Origin: an uncultured Methanomassiliicoccales archaeon
GTDB lineage: Archaea; Thermoplasmatota; Thermoplasmata; Methanomassiliicoccales; UBA472
Direction: 5' to 3'
Assembly (NCBI GenBank): GCA_963695345.1
Contig: OY968769.1
Coordinates: forward strand, 608,001-672,000
DNA: 64,000 nt
The notes below the pieces were generated by a model. That model worked only from the letters and a program-made list of their open reading frames with translations. It was not told the origin of the DNA and ran no database searches. Shown here piece after piece: positions 46,287 through 58,475 of this stretch. Position 1 is the first letter of the stretch. Each line of letters starts with the position of its first letter. Position numbers and translations under genes: made by a program.

Positions 46287-46333
46287 GCAACATTGATGTA
46301 ATCAGCCCTGATATGTTGAGATAGGCGAGTTCC

Positions 46334-46975
46334 ATGCGATTCCTGGTTCTATCGGACGTGCACAGGCGCGACAAAGTGGTGAAGTGGGCCAACGAGATCA
46401 TCGAGGACATGGGCTTGGATGGGACGATCGTGCTGGGCGACATAACCCATTTCGGCCCGCCGGAATGGGCAGAGGAGTTCCTGGGAGCCTTAAAAGGAAA
46501 GACATATGCAGTGCCCGGTAACTGCGACCCGACGGCTACACTTGCCTACATAGAACGGAGCTCGGTATCCCTGCATCTGACCAAGGTCCGGCTGGGCAGC
46601 TATGTCCTGGGAGGCATGGGCGGGTCCAACCCCACCATCTTCGACACGCCGAACGAGTTTTCGGAGGAGGACATCATGACCCAGCTCCGTCCGGTGATGG
46701 AAGAGGGCATGATCCTGGTCCTGCATTGCCCTCCGTTCGGGGTACTGGACGTCCCGTACTCGGGAAAACACGTGGGCAGTGTTTCGATAAAGAAGCTCGT
46801 GGAAGAGTTCAAGCCTAGGGTGGTATTGTCCGGTCACATCCACGAGGACCGCGGCGTCGTCGAGAAGGATGGAACGCTCTACATGAACCCAGGACCAGCC
46901 AAGGAGGGCTACTCCGGCCTTCTGGAATTGGGCGATGCCCCGTCCGTCAAATTGCTCGAACAGCGCCTTGTATGA
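46334..46975 (+). CDS. Metallophosphoesterase
   Basis: SDVH, GD, GNCD, H.PP, GHIHE, NPG. Confidence 0.9.
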   Translation: MRFLVLSDVHRRDKVVKWANEIIEDMGLDGTIVLGDITHFGPPEWAEEFLGALKGKTYAVPGNCDPTATLAYIERSSVSLHLTKVRLGSYVLGGMGGSNPTIFDTPNEFSEEDIMTQLRPVMEEGMILVLHCPPFGVLDVPYSGKHVGSVSIKKLVEEFKPRVVLSGHIHEDRGVVEKDGTLYMNPGPAKEGYSGLLELGDAPSVKLLEQRLV

Positions 46976-47021
46976 AGATAGGTATTAATACCCCGCTTTA
47001 TTTTAGTGGCCACGGATTGCT

Positions 47022-47405
47022 ATGGCACTGTGGCAAGGGAAATCCAAGAGGAAGCCGTCAGGTGGAAGGCTCCGCCTCGGCAGGAAGAAGAGACGATTCG
47101 AGATCGGCAGGGAGCCGACTTTCACGCTTCTGGGCGCAGAGCGCTCTCTCATCATGAGGACCAGGGGTGCAAACGTCAAGGTTAGGATGCTCAAGGCGTC
47201 ATTCGCCAACGTCATCGACCCTACGACAATGAAGGCCCAAAAGTCCAAGATCGTAACCGTCAAGAAGAACTCGGCCAACCCTAACTATGTTCAGCGTAAC
47301 ATAATCAACAAGGGCGCTTTGATCCAGACCGAACTAGGACTGGCCAAGGTCACATCGAGACCGGGACAGCACGGGGCGGTCAACGCGGTACTGGTCAAGG
47401 AGTGA
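47022..47405 (+). CDS. rps8e: 30S ribosomal protein eS8
   Basis: SKRKPSGG, RNIINKGA, VTSRPGQHGAVNAVL. Confidence 0.97.
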   Translation: MALWQGKSKRKPSGGRLRLGRKKRRFEIGREPTFTLLGAERSLIMRTRGANVKVRMLKASFANVIDPTTMKAQKSKIVTVKKNSANPNYVQRNIINKGALIQTELGLAKVTSRPGQHGAVNAVLVKE

Positions 47406-47430
47406 CCGGTACCCCCTTAGGGGACTACCC

Positions 47431-47724
47431 ATGACCCTTGACGAGGATAAGGCATGGGTCCTTTGGCCCGAATATTTTGACATCAGTCGGACCAGGGACG
47501 GCGGTCGAAAGGTCAGCAGGAAACTGTCGATCAACAGTCCGAACGTTGAACTTATTGCCAAGGCCGTCAAGCAGATGGGCTTGGAATTCAAGATCGAGAC
47601 GGACAAATCCTACCCAGGCAACTGGTTCAACCACACGGGAAGGGTCCTGGTGGAGCATTCCCTCCCCAAGACATTGTTGTTGTTGAAAGTAGGTCAGGCG
47701 CTGGTCAAATATCAGCGGTCCTGA
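47431..47724 (+). CDS. srp19: Signal recognition particle subunit SRP19
   Basis: [27 protein letters not shown]. Confidence 0.92.
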   Translation: MTLDEDKAWVLWPEYFDISRTRDGGRKVSRKLSINSPNVELIAKAVKQMGLEFKIETDKSYPGNWFNHTGRVLVEHSLPKTLLLLKVGQALVKYQRS

Positions 47725-48002
47725 GGCGTTTCGACTTCTTCCACCAGCTTCTTGCCGGCGGAAACGCTGTCAACGGAGTGAACGACGGCACCGGATTCGG
47801 TGATGACCTGTTCGACCATGTCATAATCGATGGAATTCCCCTCGATGGTTATCTTGATGCTCTCGGTCTCCTGGTCAACCTCGTCCAACGTGCAGTTCAC
47901 ACCGGAGATCCCTTCAATGGCGCCGAGTCGTTTGGCCAACTCCACGATCGAGGGATGATGCGGCTTCAATACGTCCAATACGAGTCGTTTAACGTCGCTC
48001 AC
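47712..48002 (-). CDS. DUF211 family protein
   Basis: [11 protein letters not shown]..., GAVVHSVD; GTG start. Confidence 0.85.
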   Translation of the reverse strand: MSDVKRLVLDVLKPHHPSIVELAKRLGAIEGISGVNCTLDEVDQETESIKITIEGNSIDYDMVEQVITESGAVVHSVDSVSAGKKLVEEVETPQDR

Positions 48003-48125
48003 TTTCAGATACCCTTCCAGGGCGAGAAATTGGAGTCGGTATATTAAATCGTTAGGATGGCAGAAGCTTGTCCTGCTCCAATCAGTGGTATGGGATAGAT
48101 AAGATTTCAATTATGAAGGGGGACC

Positions 48126-48629
48126 TCACTCCAACCAGGGGAATCTATCTACGATCTTCGTGTTCGACCACCACTTGCCCAAACCGATCGTACGGCCTGC
48201 CTTTACCCTCCATAGACCAAACAGGAGGAACAGGTAGATTATGTGCTCATCGATGAATGGGTTGTTCGTGGGGGGAACCTGGGTGGACCAGAGCAGAAGG
48301 ACGAGCAGCCCTCCGCCATAGGCCGATATCTTGCTCCCGATTCCGAGTATTAGGGCCACTCCGAGGAGCAATAATGCCGCCATAAAGATCACATCAACGA
48401 TTTGGTTGCCGGCAATACTGCTGTAAAAACCCTCAAAGATCCCACCCGAAACGTTGCTTAGGTAAAATGTCGTGGGCGAACCGCCATTGATCCAAGAACG
48501 GCTAGATGCCGTCGCAAATCCGAGGCCGAAGGTCTTGTCCAAGAATGCCCATAGGAAAACCCATCCCAATAATATCCTGGATATTCCCCAGATATAGTCC
48601 GTCCGGATCTCAGGAAGCCTATAGGCCAT
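48126..48629 (-). CDS. DoxX family membrane protein
   Basis: RILLGWVFLWAFLDK, W..GGSPT, NPFIDEHIIY. Confidence 0.85.
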   Translation of the reverse strand: MAYRLPEIRTDYIWGISRILLGWVFLWAFLDKTFGLGFATASSRSWINGGSPTTFYLSNVSGGIFEGFYSSIAGNQIVDVIFMAALLLLGVALILGIGSKISAYGGGLLVLLLWSTQVPPTNNPFIDEHIIYLFLLFGLWRVKAGRTIGLGKWWSNTKIVDRFPWLE

Positions 48630-48991
48630 GTTTAATTTGGATTCGATCCGGGTGGATATAAACATTATTGTTGCCTTTCATGACGGTCGATCGTGGCGGA
48701 TAGAGGTCGGACGTGTCGAGAAACAATGCACCATCCACCATCCTTCATTTTTACTCACTGTATCCGTTCAGGACCGGTTAGGATCATACGCACATTCGCC
48801 AATGCCGGTATGTTTGGCAGGAGCGGTCGGAAAACGCTCTGTGCTCGCTCCCGATTCTTTGCCCCGAAGCGACGCGGCAAGTTGGTGTCATACTTCCATG
48901 GTGGCATATCGAATAGCTGTCAACGAATCGTCCGGATCGGATGTTTGGCTTGGAAAAGGATTATCCATGATGCCAATGGATTCTAGTTGTC

Positions 48992-50427
48992 ATGCTCACC
49001 TTCCGTGAAGTCACCGTGATCGACGTCAACTCGGAGTATCTGGGTGTCCAGGTTGAGACTTTGATGGAAAACGCCGGTTACGCGGTGGCAAAGGCCATCA
49101 CCGAAGAGTATGGGAAGGGAAAGATCGATCGCGGTCATCTGCGGCATGGGGAACAACGGCGGCGATGGCCTGGTGGCCGCCAAGTACCTGCGGGAGAACA
49201 ACAACGTCAGGGTCATTTTGGCCAGACCGCCGCAGTTCATCAAGAGGATGGCTCCGCGGAAGAACCTGGGGCCAGTGGAGGACATCACCAAGGTATACGG
49301 CGGCGAGGACCTGTCCGGCTACGATCTGATGGTCGACGCGATCTACGGGATCGGCATACATGGCGATATCAAGGAACCGTACTACTCGCTGATCAGCAAG
49401 ATGAACACGGCCGGTGTACCCATCGTGTCGATCGACGTGCCATCGGGGCTGGGCAGCAACATGACCATCAGACCGGTCACGACAATAACCCTCCATGACA
49501 TCAAAGAGGGAATGAACGAGTCGAACTCGGGAAAGATCGATTTTCGTTGATATCGGCATTCCCAGGGATGCCGAGCGCTTCGCCGGACCGGGCGAGTATG
49601 TCTACTATCCGATACCAAAACCGGATTCCCACAAGGGGGAGAACGGACGCGTGCTGGTCATCGGGGGCGGACCCTATACCGGGGCCCCCTCGCTGGCGGC
49701 GATGGGTGCATATCGGATCGGCGTTGATCTGGTCCAGATCGCCACACCGGAATCATCGTACATCACCATTTCCAGCTACTCGCCCAACCTGATCGTGCAC
49801 GGCATGCAGGGAGCCATCTTCTCCAGCAGCAACCTGGACCAGGTGCTCGGTTTGGCCAACCTGGTGGATGTCGTGCTCATCGGTTCAGGACTGGGACGGG
49901 ACCCGCGGACCCAAGAGGCGGTCCGGGAATTCGTCAAAGAATGCGGAAAACCGATGGTCATTGATGCCGATGCCTTTTCCGCCCTTTCTATGAACCCGGA
50001 GTTGCTGAAGGGCAAGAAGGGCATCGTGACTCCTCATTCCAGGGAGTTCGCGACCTTGTTCGGCAGGTCCCTGCCGGGAGACCTCGATGAACGGGCCGGC
50101 GTGGTAAGGGAGGCTTCGGCGCGCATCGGGATGACCGTTCTGGTGAAGGGCATGGTCGACGTGATATCGGACGGAGACCGGACCAAGTTCAACCGGACGG
50201 GAAATCCCGGCATGTCGGTGGGAGGGACTGGGGATGTATTGGCGGGCATATGCGCGGGGTTGCTGGCCAAAGGGGTCGAGCCATTCGAGGCCGCCCGCAT
50301 GGCAGCCTTCACGAACGGGGCCGCCGGAGACCTGGCCTTCAGCGACCTATGCTACGGGCTTATGGCCACCGATGTGATCGACAATATCCCATCGGTTATG
50401 TGCAGAGCGCTTGACAGATTTAAATAA
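48992..50427 (+). CDS. nnr: Bifunctional NAD(P)H-hydrate epimerase/dehydratase (frameshifts near 49120, 49545)
   Basis: LMENAG, GNNGGDG, SIDVPSG, HKGENG, GSGLG, DADA, TPH, GGTGDVLAG. Confidence 0.93.
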
Positions 50428-50448
50428 TCCCTAGATAATCGAAGGACC

Positions 50449-51131
50449 GTGAGGACGGCCATCATATCCGATGTCCATGCCAACCTCCCGGCTTTGAATG
50501 CCGTTCTGGCCGAGATCGACAGCATGGGCATTAACCACATCATCAGCGCAGGGGATGTGGTCGGTTACTATCCATTTCCAAACGAGGTTATCCAAGTTTT
50601 CCAGGAAAGGGCGGTCGTAGGGGATCGCCGGGAACCACGATCGGACGGTCATCCGGACCCAGGTTTCCCGCATGAACCATGTCGCCGGAGAGGCGGCCCA
50701 GTGGACGGCAAGAGAGCTGAGCGAGAGTTCACGAAAGTATCTCGGCAGCCTACCGCCCCGGACCCATGTGACCATCGGCGGAAAGCTGATCGGTCTTTAC
50801 CACGGTTCACCGCGGGATGATGTGGAGTATGTGTTCGAGGAGGAGGCGGAACCGGAGCTGCTCAGGCTGAGCGGCACACGCCTGCTCATCCTAGGCCACA
50901 CCCATGTCCCTTTCATATATCCGTTCCAAGGAAGGCACGATCGTGAATCCTGGATCGGTGGGCCAGCCAAGGGACGGCGATCCGAGGGCCTGCTTCATGG
51001 TCCACGATTCGACCAAGGATGATTTCACCATCAGACGGGACGGAGTACGACATCGAGTCGGTGGTGCAGGCAGTGTCGAACGGGCCGGTCTGCCGAATGA
51101 CCTGGGAGAACGCCTCAGACATGGATGGTGA
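50449..51131 (+). CDS. Metallophosphoesterase (YfcE/MJ0912-like), frameshifted
   Basis: [37 protein letters not shown]. Confidence 0.88.
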
Positions 51132-51914
51132 GGAGCGATTGGACATCTCGCCGATCCCGGGACAGGCCGGTGCTGGACATATCCGGCTCGAAGAGACTGA
51201 TCTGCGCCGGAGACCTGCACATCGGGCTCGAGAATGAGATGAAGGTCAACGGAGTGGTCCAGTCCCCAGCCAGACCTACCGCATGGAAACGGAACTGGTC
51301 TCCCTGGCACAGGGGCACGACGGCCTGGTGCTTCTGGGAGACATCAAGCACCGGGTCCCCGGTTCATCCAAGCAGGAATACAGGAGATACCGCGGTTCTT
51401 CTCGGAACTGAAGAAAGCCTACGGCGAGGTGCACATCGTCCGGGGAAATCATGACACGAACATCGAGGCGATGCTTCCTGAGGGGATCATCGTCCATCCC
51501 GCGACCGGATTCGTAATGGATGACGTCGGGTTTGTGCATGGCCATACCTGGCCTTCCCCAGAGGTGATGTCCAAGAGGGTGCTGGTCATGGCGCACAATC
51601 ATCCGGCGGTCATTTTCGAGGATAACATGCACCACAACCAGATAGAGCGTTGCTGGGTGCGGTGCCGTTTCCGTGAAACGGCCAACCAGAAGTACCTGGA
51701 GCTTCCCGAGGAGGTCATCATCGTCCCGGCCCTGAACCGGAACCTGGGCGGGTCACCGGTCAACTTCGAGGAACCGAGACTGCTGGGACCCTTCTTCTCC
51801 CAGGACCTGATAGACCTGGACGAGGCCCGCGTCTATCTGATGGACGGCGTGTTCCTGGGCAAAGTCGGCAGTCTGAAGGTCAAGAGACGCCGCCATTTCC
51901 AGCCTTCGTCCTGA
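51125..51914 (+). CDS. Metallophosphoesterase (ICC-like), frameshifted
   Basis: GDLHIGLE, LGDIKH, GNHD, HGH, AHNHP, PALN. Confidence 0.85.
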
Positions 51915-51987
51915 CGAACAGTGAGCGTATCCGCTCAACGTTGGAGACCAAAAGAAAAGGAAAGAGAAAAGGTTTTCTTGAAGGGGT

Positions 51988-53500
51988 TTAGTAGTTCGAT
52001 ATCTCTCTGAACACGGACCCGTCTGGGTTCCTGATGACTGCCTTCATCGGCATCTGTCCCGGCAGGGTGTGCGTCGCGCACGAGTTGCACGGGTCATAGG
52101 CACGGTAGGCCATCTCGACCATGTTCAGCAGACCGTTGGACACTTCCCAGTTCTTGATCAGCGCGGTGGCGGCCTTCCTGACGCTCAGGTTGATCGGCGC
52201 GTTGTTGTTGGTCGTTCCGACGACCAGGTTGACCTGGGTGGTGATGCCGTTCTTGTCGGCGCAGTAGTGGTGCACCAGGGTTCCACGCGGAGCCTCGAGT
52301 ATACCGACTCCTTCGTCCGGGGTGTGCAGCTCGCCCTTGATGTCCTTGCTGGTGATCTGCGGGTCCTGTGCCCTCTCGAGCAGCAGTTCCGATGCGTGCA
52401 CCAGCTCGATGACACGCGCCCAGTGCATTGCCATGGTGTGGTGGATCGGTCCCTTGACGCCGAGCGAGGCGAAGGTGCTCTTCATCTTCTCGTACTCGGC
52501 CTGCGCCAGCGGGGTGGTGAACCCGCTCGAGACGTTGATCCTCGACAGCGGCGTCGCCCGGTAGATACCGGAGTCGATTCCGTCGACGAGTCCCTTCCAG
52601 CCGACCGGCTTGAAGTAGCAGAACTTTTCGTACGACCAGGGCAGGGTGTGCTCGGCGATGTAGTCCAGGTATCCCTTTCCGGTGTAACGTGCCACCTCCT
52701 TGCCGTTCGGGTCGATCATCTTCTGCGTTCCGTCGTAGAAGTTGACCTTGTCGTTCTTGTCGACGGTTCCGAGGTTGTAGGTCTCGTTGTAGAAGATGTC
52801 CTTGCTGACGATGATGTTCAGGTAGTCCTGGTTCTTCAGCACGACGTCCTCGAAGATCTTCATGGTGAACATGGAGAAATCGACGCAGGACTTGGCCATG
52901 GCCTCGATCTTCTTGCGCTCGTCCTCGTTGAGCGGCTTGGACATACCGCCGGGGATACCGCAGACCGGGTGGGTCGCCTTTCCGCCCAGCATCTCCTGGA
53001 TCTTCTGTGCGTAGGACCGGTGCTTGATGACTTCGGCACCGACCGCGACGCCGACCGCGTCGACCACACCGAGGATGTTCCTCTTCTCTGCCGGGGCGCA
53101 TGGCCCGAGGACGAAGTCCGCCGCCGCCAGCGCATAGAAGTGCGCGATGTGGCTGTGCACGTAGTGTGCGGCGTAGAACAGCTCCCTGAGCTTGACCGCC
53201 GCCTCTGGCGGGGTCGGCTCCGTAGACACCGTCCAGTGCCTTGGTGGAGCACAGGTGGTGCGCACCGGGGCATACGCCGCAAAGCCTGGCGGTGATCTTG
53301 TTCAGCTCATCGACCGACCGGCCGATGCAGAACTTCTCGAAACCTCTCAGTTCCGGCACCTGCCAGTAGGCGTTGGCTACGTTACCCTCGTCGTTCAGGA
53401 AGATCTCGATCTTGCCGTGGCCTTCGAGCCTGGTGATCGGGTCTATGGTGATACGCTTCGAGGTCGCCTTGGTGTGCGGGTCAGATAGTATCGGTGACAT
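51988..53500 (-). CDS. mvhA: F420-non-reducing [NiFe] hydrogenase large subunit (frameshift near 53210)
   Basis: TRLEGHG, RGFE, RLCGVC, EAPRG, DPCNSCATH plus cleavable tail. Confidence 0.95.
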
Positions 53501-53502
53501 GT

Positions 53503-54541
53503 TTAGGCCTCCTGCTTTGCCTCTACCGGCTTCTTCTTACCTCTCTCGTGACGGTCCTCTTGATGATGGACTTCGGCATGGTGAACGCGTAGAACGTTCC
53601 CAGCGGGTCCTTGACCTGCTGCATGATCTCGAGGATCTGGTCCTCGTTCAGCAGCGCCTCGTCGTCCCCGATCTTGAAGATCGAGGCCAGAGCGGACAGC
53701 ATGCTACCGCCCTGGTCCATGACCTCGGCGGTCGGTCCCATGCATCCGCGGCATGGCTGGTTGGCCTCGAGGCACTTCGCGCCGCATCCGGCCCTGGTCG
53801 ATGGTCCGAGGCAGATGACTCCCTGCTCCAGCATGCACTTTTCCGGGTCGATGTCGATCTCGAAGGCCAGGTGGATCTTGTCCACGCTCTTGACCGACTT
53901 CGTCCTGCCGCACTCGTCGCACAGGGTCTTCTGGGAAGCGATGACCGATCCCTTCGGCGGGAGCGGCGTGCCTTCCGTCAGATGTGCTGTGACGATGCCC
54001 AGGAACTCGTTGATCAGGTTGGTGGTCGGCGGGCATCCCGGCATGTAGTAGTCGACGTCGATGACCTGGTCCAGCGTCAGGACGGTGTCGTACAGCATCG
54101 GCAGCTCGAGGTCTCCCTCGGGCATGTGGGTCTCATGTCTGCGGTATCGACCGGGTTGGCCGAGTCCTTCTGGTCCGAGGAGAACGTCCGGTTATAGACG
54201 TAGTCCAGGGTGGCCTTCGCGTTGGTCACGTTGGCCAGTCCCGGTATTCCTCCGAAACAGGCGCAGGAACCGAAGGAGACGATGAGGGCGGACTTCTGCC
54301 TGAGCAGCTTGGCCATGTGCTCGTTCTCGCTGTTCCTGATCGCACCGTTGTACAACGTGGCGGTGATGGACTCGTCGGGCATCGCCTCCACGTCCTTGAT
54401 CTTGGTGTCCACGGCGATCGGCCAGAACACGATGTCCGCGATCTCTGCCACTCCGAGGATCTTCTCGTCGATGTCCAGGAGGGCGACGTCGCATCCTCCG
54501 CAACCGGCTCCCCAATATTGCGCAATCTTGATCTTTGCCAT
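53503..54541 (-). CDS. mvhG: F420-non-reducing hydrogenase small subunit (frameshifted; stop at 53503 or 53523)
   Basis: GCGGC, GSCACFGGIPG, PGCPP, CDEC, CLGP.T..GC...C, PCRGC. Confidence 0.93.
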
Positions 54542-54560
54542 TTCGTTCCACCTGCCTGGA

Positions 54561-55019
54561 TTAGACCTCATCGTTGATCGGGTTCGGGCCAAGCTCCTTG
54601 ATCAGCTCGTTGAACTCCTTGATCGTCTTCTGGAACTTCGCACCCTCTGAGGCGGAGACCCACTCCAGCTTCAGCCGGTCCGGGTTGAATCCGTATTGTT
54701 CGAGCAGCACCCTGAGCAGCGCTATCCTCCTGCGGGTCCTGTAGTTGCCACCGATGTAGTGACAGTCGGCCGGGTGGCATCCCAGTACCAGGACGCCGTC
54801 GGCGCCCTTGGCGAAGGCCCGGAGGACGAACTCCGGGTCTACCCTGGCCGAGCACATGGTCCGGATGACCCTGAAGTTGGTCGGCATCTGCAGTCTCGAC
54901 ACTCCCGCCAGGTCGGCCCCGGCGTAGGAGCACCAGTTGCAGCAGAAGACGACGATCTTCGGCTCGAACTCGCCTTCCTCTGCCGGCTTCGCTGCTGTTT
55001 GGGTAACGGTCTCGGACAT
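54561..55019 (-). CDS. mvhD: Hydrogenase iron-sulfur subunit MvhD
   Basis: FCCNWCSYAGADLAG, MCSARVD, GCHPADCHY, WVSASEG. Confidence 0.97.
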   Translation of the reverse strand: MSETVTQTAAKPAEEGEFEPKIVVFCCNWCSYAGADLAGVSRLQMPTNFRVIRTMCSARVDPEFVLRAFAKGADGVLVLGCHPADCHYIGGNYRTRRRIALLRVLLEQYGFNPDRLKLEWVSASEGAKFQKTIKEFNELIKELGPNPINDEV

Positions 55020-58000
55020 TACTTTCCACCTCCCACGAGGGCCGCGTCGATCTGTGCGATGATCTGGTTGTTCTTGAAGCCCTTCTGCTCCATGGCACCG
55101 GACGGGCATGCCGCCACGCAGGTACCGCAACCCATGCACAGTCCTTCGTTGACCACTGCCTTCAGCTTCTTCGGGTTCTTCGGGTCCGCCACGATGGTGA
55201 TCGCCTTGTACTCGCAGACCGGCTCGCATATGCCGCAGCCGTCGCAGATCATCGTCGTTCACCGCCGCGATGATTCCCTCGGTCTCCAGGAACTGCTTCG
55301 AGATGATGGTCATTGCCCTGGCGGCCGCTCCGGACGCCTGTGCGATGGTCTCATCGATGAACTTCGGCCAATGCGCCAGTCCGGCCAGGTATATGCCGTT
55401 GGTGGCGAAGTCGACCGGCCTCAGCTTCATGTGCGCCTCGAGGAAGTAGCCGTCCTTGCTCAGCGGCACCTTCAGGATCTTGGCCAGGTCCTCGTTGTCC
55501 GGCTGGGGCCTGATACCTGTGCTCAGCACGACCATGTCCGGGTGGAACATGAGCGGCGATCCCAGGATCACATCGTCGGCGACGATCTTCAGACCGGTCG
55601 CCTTCCTTGCTGACCACTGGGTCCTTGTCCTCAGGGAACCTGACGAACTTGACACCGAGCTCTGCGGCCTCCTTGTACAGGGACTCGCGGAACCCGTAGG
55701 TCCTGATGTCCTTGTGGAAGACGTAGACCTCTGCGGCCGGGTCCTTCTTCTTGATCTCGATGGCGTTCTTGACCGCCTTGGAGCAGCAGACCCTGCTGCA
55801 GTACGGGGCCTCCTTGTTCCTGGAGCCGACGCACTGGATCATGGCGATCTTCTTGGCGTGCAGCGGTCCGTGGTGCAGCTTCTCCTCCAGCTCGAGCTGG
55901 GTGATGACGTTCTTGTCCTGCACCGTACAGGTACTCCTTGGGCTTGTACTCCTCGCCGCCGACCGCCACGACGACGGCGCCGGTCTCGATCTCCTGCCCG
56001 CTGATCTTGACCTTGAAGTTGCCGACGAATCCGGTCAGGTCCTCCAGCTCGGAGTTCATGTGCACGGTGATGTTCTTGTTGTCCTGGACGTTCTTGATGA
56101 TCTCGTGCATGACGGTCCTCGGGCTCTTTCCGTCCTCGTGCGTCAGCAGCTTGTTCATCCTTGCCGCCCAGCTCTCCGGTCCTCTCGATCAGTTCGACCT
56201 TGAATCCCTGCTGCGCGATGTCCAGAGCGGCGGTCATTCCGGCCAGTCCGCCGCCGACGACGACGGCGGAGTGGGTGACTCCCAGCCTGGACTTGGACAG
56301 CGGCTCCAGCAACCTGGACTTGGCGATTGCCATCCTTACCAGGTCCTTCGACTTCTGGGTGGCCTTCTCCGGCTCGTGCATGTGGATCCAAGAGCACTGG
56401 TCACGGATGTTGGCCATCTCGAACAGGAACAGGTTCAGTCCCGCTTCCTTGATGGTGCTCTGGAACAGTGCCTCGTGGGTACGGGGCGTGCAGGACGCGA
56501 CCACGACGCGGTTCAGCTTGTGCTCCTTGATGAGCTCCTTGATCCTCTCCTGCGAATCGGCCGAGCAGGTGTACTTGTTCTCTTCCGCGAAGACGACGTT
56601 CGGTAGGGTCTTGGCGTACTCCACGACCGACGGGACGTCGACGGTTCCGCTGATGTTGATGCCGCAGTCGCAGACGAAGACACCGATCCTGGGCTCCTGC
56701 CCCTTGACGTCGATCTCCGGGGTCTCCTTGACCACCGTGTCGATGCTGACGCGGTTCTCGGAGACCAACGCGCCGGCCTTCGACGCTGCACCGGAGGCCT
56801 CCGCGACCGTGGTCGGGATGTCCTTGGGGGCGGTGAACGCACCGCTGACGAACACTCCCTTCCTGGAGGTCTCCAGCGGCGAGTATACGCCGGTCTGGCA
56901 GAATCCGTACTTGTTGAGCTTGACGCCGAGCCCTGTCGGCGATGCTCTTGGCCTCTACTGGCGGCTCGAAGCCGACCGAAAGGACGACCATGTCGAACTC
57001 CTCGGCGGCCACGTCCTGACCGTTGCTGTAGCGCAGCGATCAGGTTCTTGGTCTCGGGGTCCTCCTCGACCGATGCCACCCTGGTTCCGCGGTACATCTT
57101 GATACGATATTCCTTCTCGGCCCGGGCCCGGTAGTCCTCGAACTCCTTGCCGAAGGCCCTGATGTCCATGAAGAAGATGGTCGGCTCCAGGCCCGCGGTG
57201 TGCTCACCGGCGATGATGGCCTGCTTCATGGCATACATGCAACAAACGGACGAGCAGTAGGGGTTGCCGACCTTCTCGTCCCTGGAACCGACGCACTGGA
57301 TGAAAGCGACCTTCTTCGGGGTGCGCTTGTCGGACGGCCTTACCACATGTCCCTGGTATGGGCCGGTGGCGGACAGTATCCTTTCGAACTCCAGGCTGGA
57401 GACGACGTTCTTGAACTCGCCGTATCCGTATTCCTTCTTGGCACGGGCATCGAAGATATCGAAACCGGGGGACAGGACGATCGCTCCTACCTCGATCTTC
57501 TCCTCGACGCTCTTTCATCTCATAGTCAATGGCGCCGGCCGGGCAGTTCTTCTTGCACAAGCCGCATCTTCCCTTGGTCAGGAACAGGCACTTTGCTTTC
57601 GTCGATGGCGTACTTCATCGGTACGGCCTGGGCATACGGGACATAGATGGCCTTCCTCGTTACCATTCCCTGCTCAAATTCAGCGGGGGTCTTCGACGGG
57701 GCATTTCTCTGCGCAAATGCCGCATCCGACGCATAGGTCCTCACGGACGTATCTCGGGTGCTTCTTGAGGGTCACTGTGAAATTAGGTGCCTCACCTTCG
57801 ACTTTCATGACCTCTGTCAAGGTCATCATGGTGATCATCGGGTGCCTTGCTGCCTCCACGAGTTTGGGGGACAGGATACACATCGAACAGTCGTTCGTCG
57901 GGAACGTCTTGTCCAATTGTGCCATCACACCGCCTATGCTTGGCTTTCTCTCGGTGAGGTAGACTTTTAATCCTGATTCAGCCAGGTCTAACGCTGTCTG

Positions 58001-58054
58001 AACTCCGGAAATGCCTCCTCCTACAACCAATACGGAACCAGTCTTTGCCGACAT
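55019..58054 (-). CDS. hdrA: Heterodisulfide reductase subunit A, tandem about 1000-aa form (many frameshifts)
   Basis: VVGGGISG, LDKTFPTNDC, two IQCVGSR..YCS.VCC, GVFVCDCG, CTPRTHE, NIRDQCSW, EAHMKLRP, terminal ferredoxin. Confidence 0.93.
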
Positions 58055-58384
58055 TTGTGCTCCTCCTTCTATCTTACAATCCTACAATTTTCAGTTAACG
58101 GAACGGCCTTAGCGGTAAACGAAGTTCTCAGAACGGACGCCCTGTGGTCTTCAAGGCGCCCCGCGCCTCGGCCAGAACTTTGCTTCGTACCGGTCAGTCT
58201 TTCCACCTTCCAACAAACGCTTGCTACGGCCCCACAGACCGCTTGCATCGATCTGGTGGCCATTTCTCGCAATCCATACCCGTTTCCTAGGCGGTTTTGG
58301 CTGCGGTGAAGAACCGCAAGTGTCCCCCATTCACCGGTTGTTTCGTAGGGGATACCGTGTCATGTCGTGTCGCGGTTTTCCGTG

Positions 58385-58475
58385 AATACGGATGTCCGTA
58401 TTTTAACGTTTTGTACTTTATCTTCGGCATGACAGCGGGTATCTCTCATGCCCTCTTTGTTAAGAGCTTTTCGCT
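58385..58475 (-). promoter_or_regulatory. Candidate hdrA-mvh promoters with two inverted repeats
   Basis: Minus-strand CAAAACGTTAAAATA and CGAAAAGCTCTTAA; AATACGGA-N2-TCCGTATT; GGCATGA-N13-TCATGCC. Confidence 0.5.

Noticed and set aside
54561-55655. Apparent HdrA-MvhD fusion
   Set aside because: HdrA ends in another frame with TAA overlapping the mvhD ATG at 55019
51988-58054. Selenocysteine recoding in Mvh/Hdr
   Set aside because: Positions that are Sec in Methanococcales are Cys codons here (DPCNSC, CNWC, GCH..DC)
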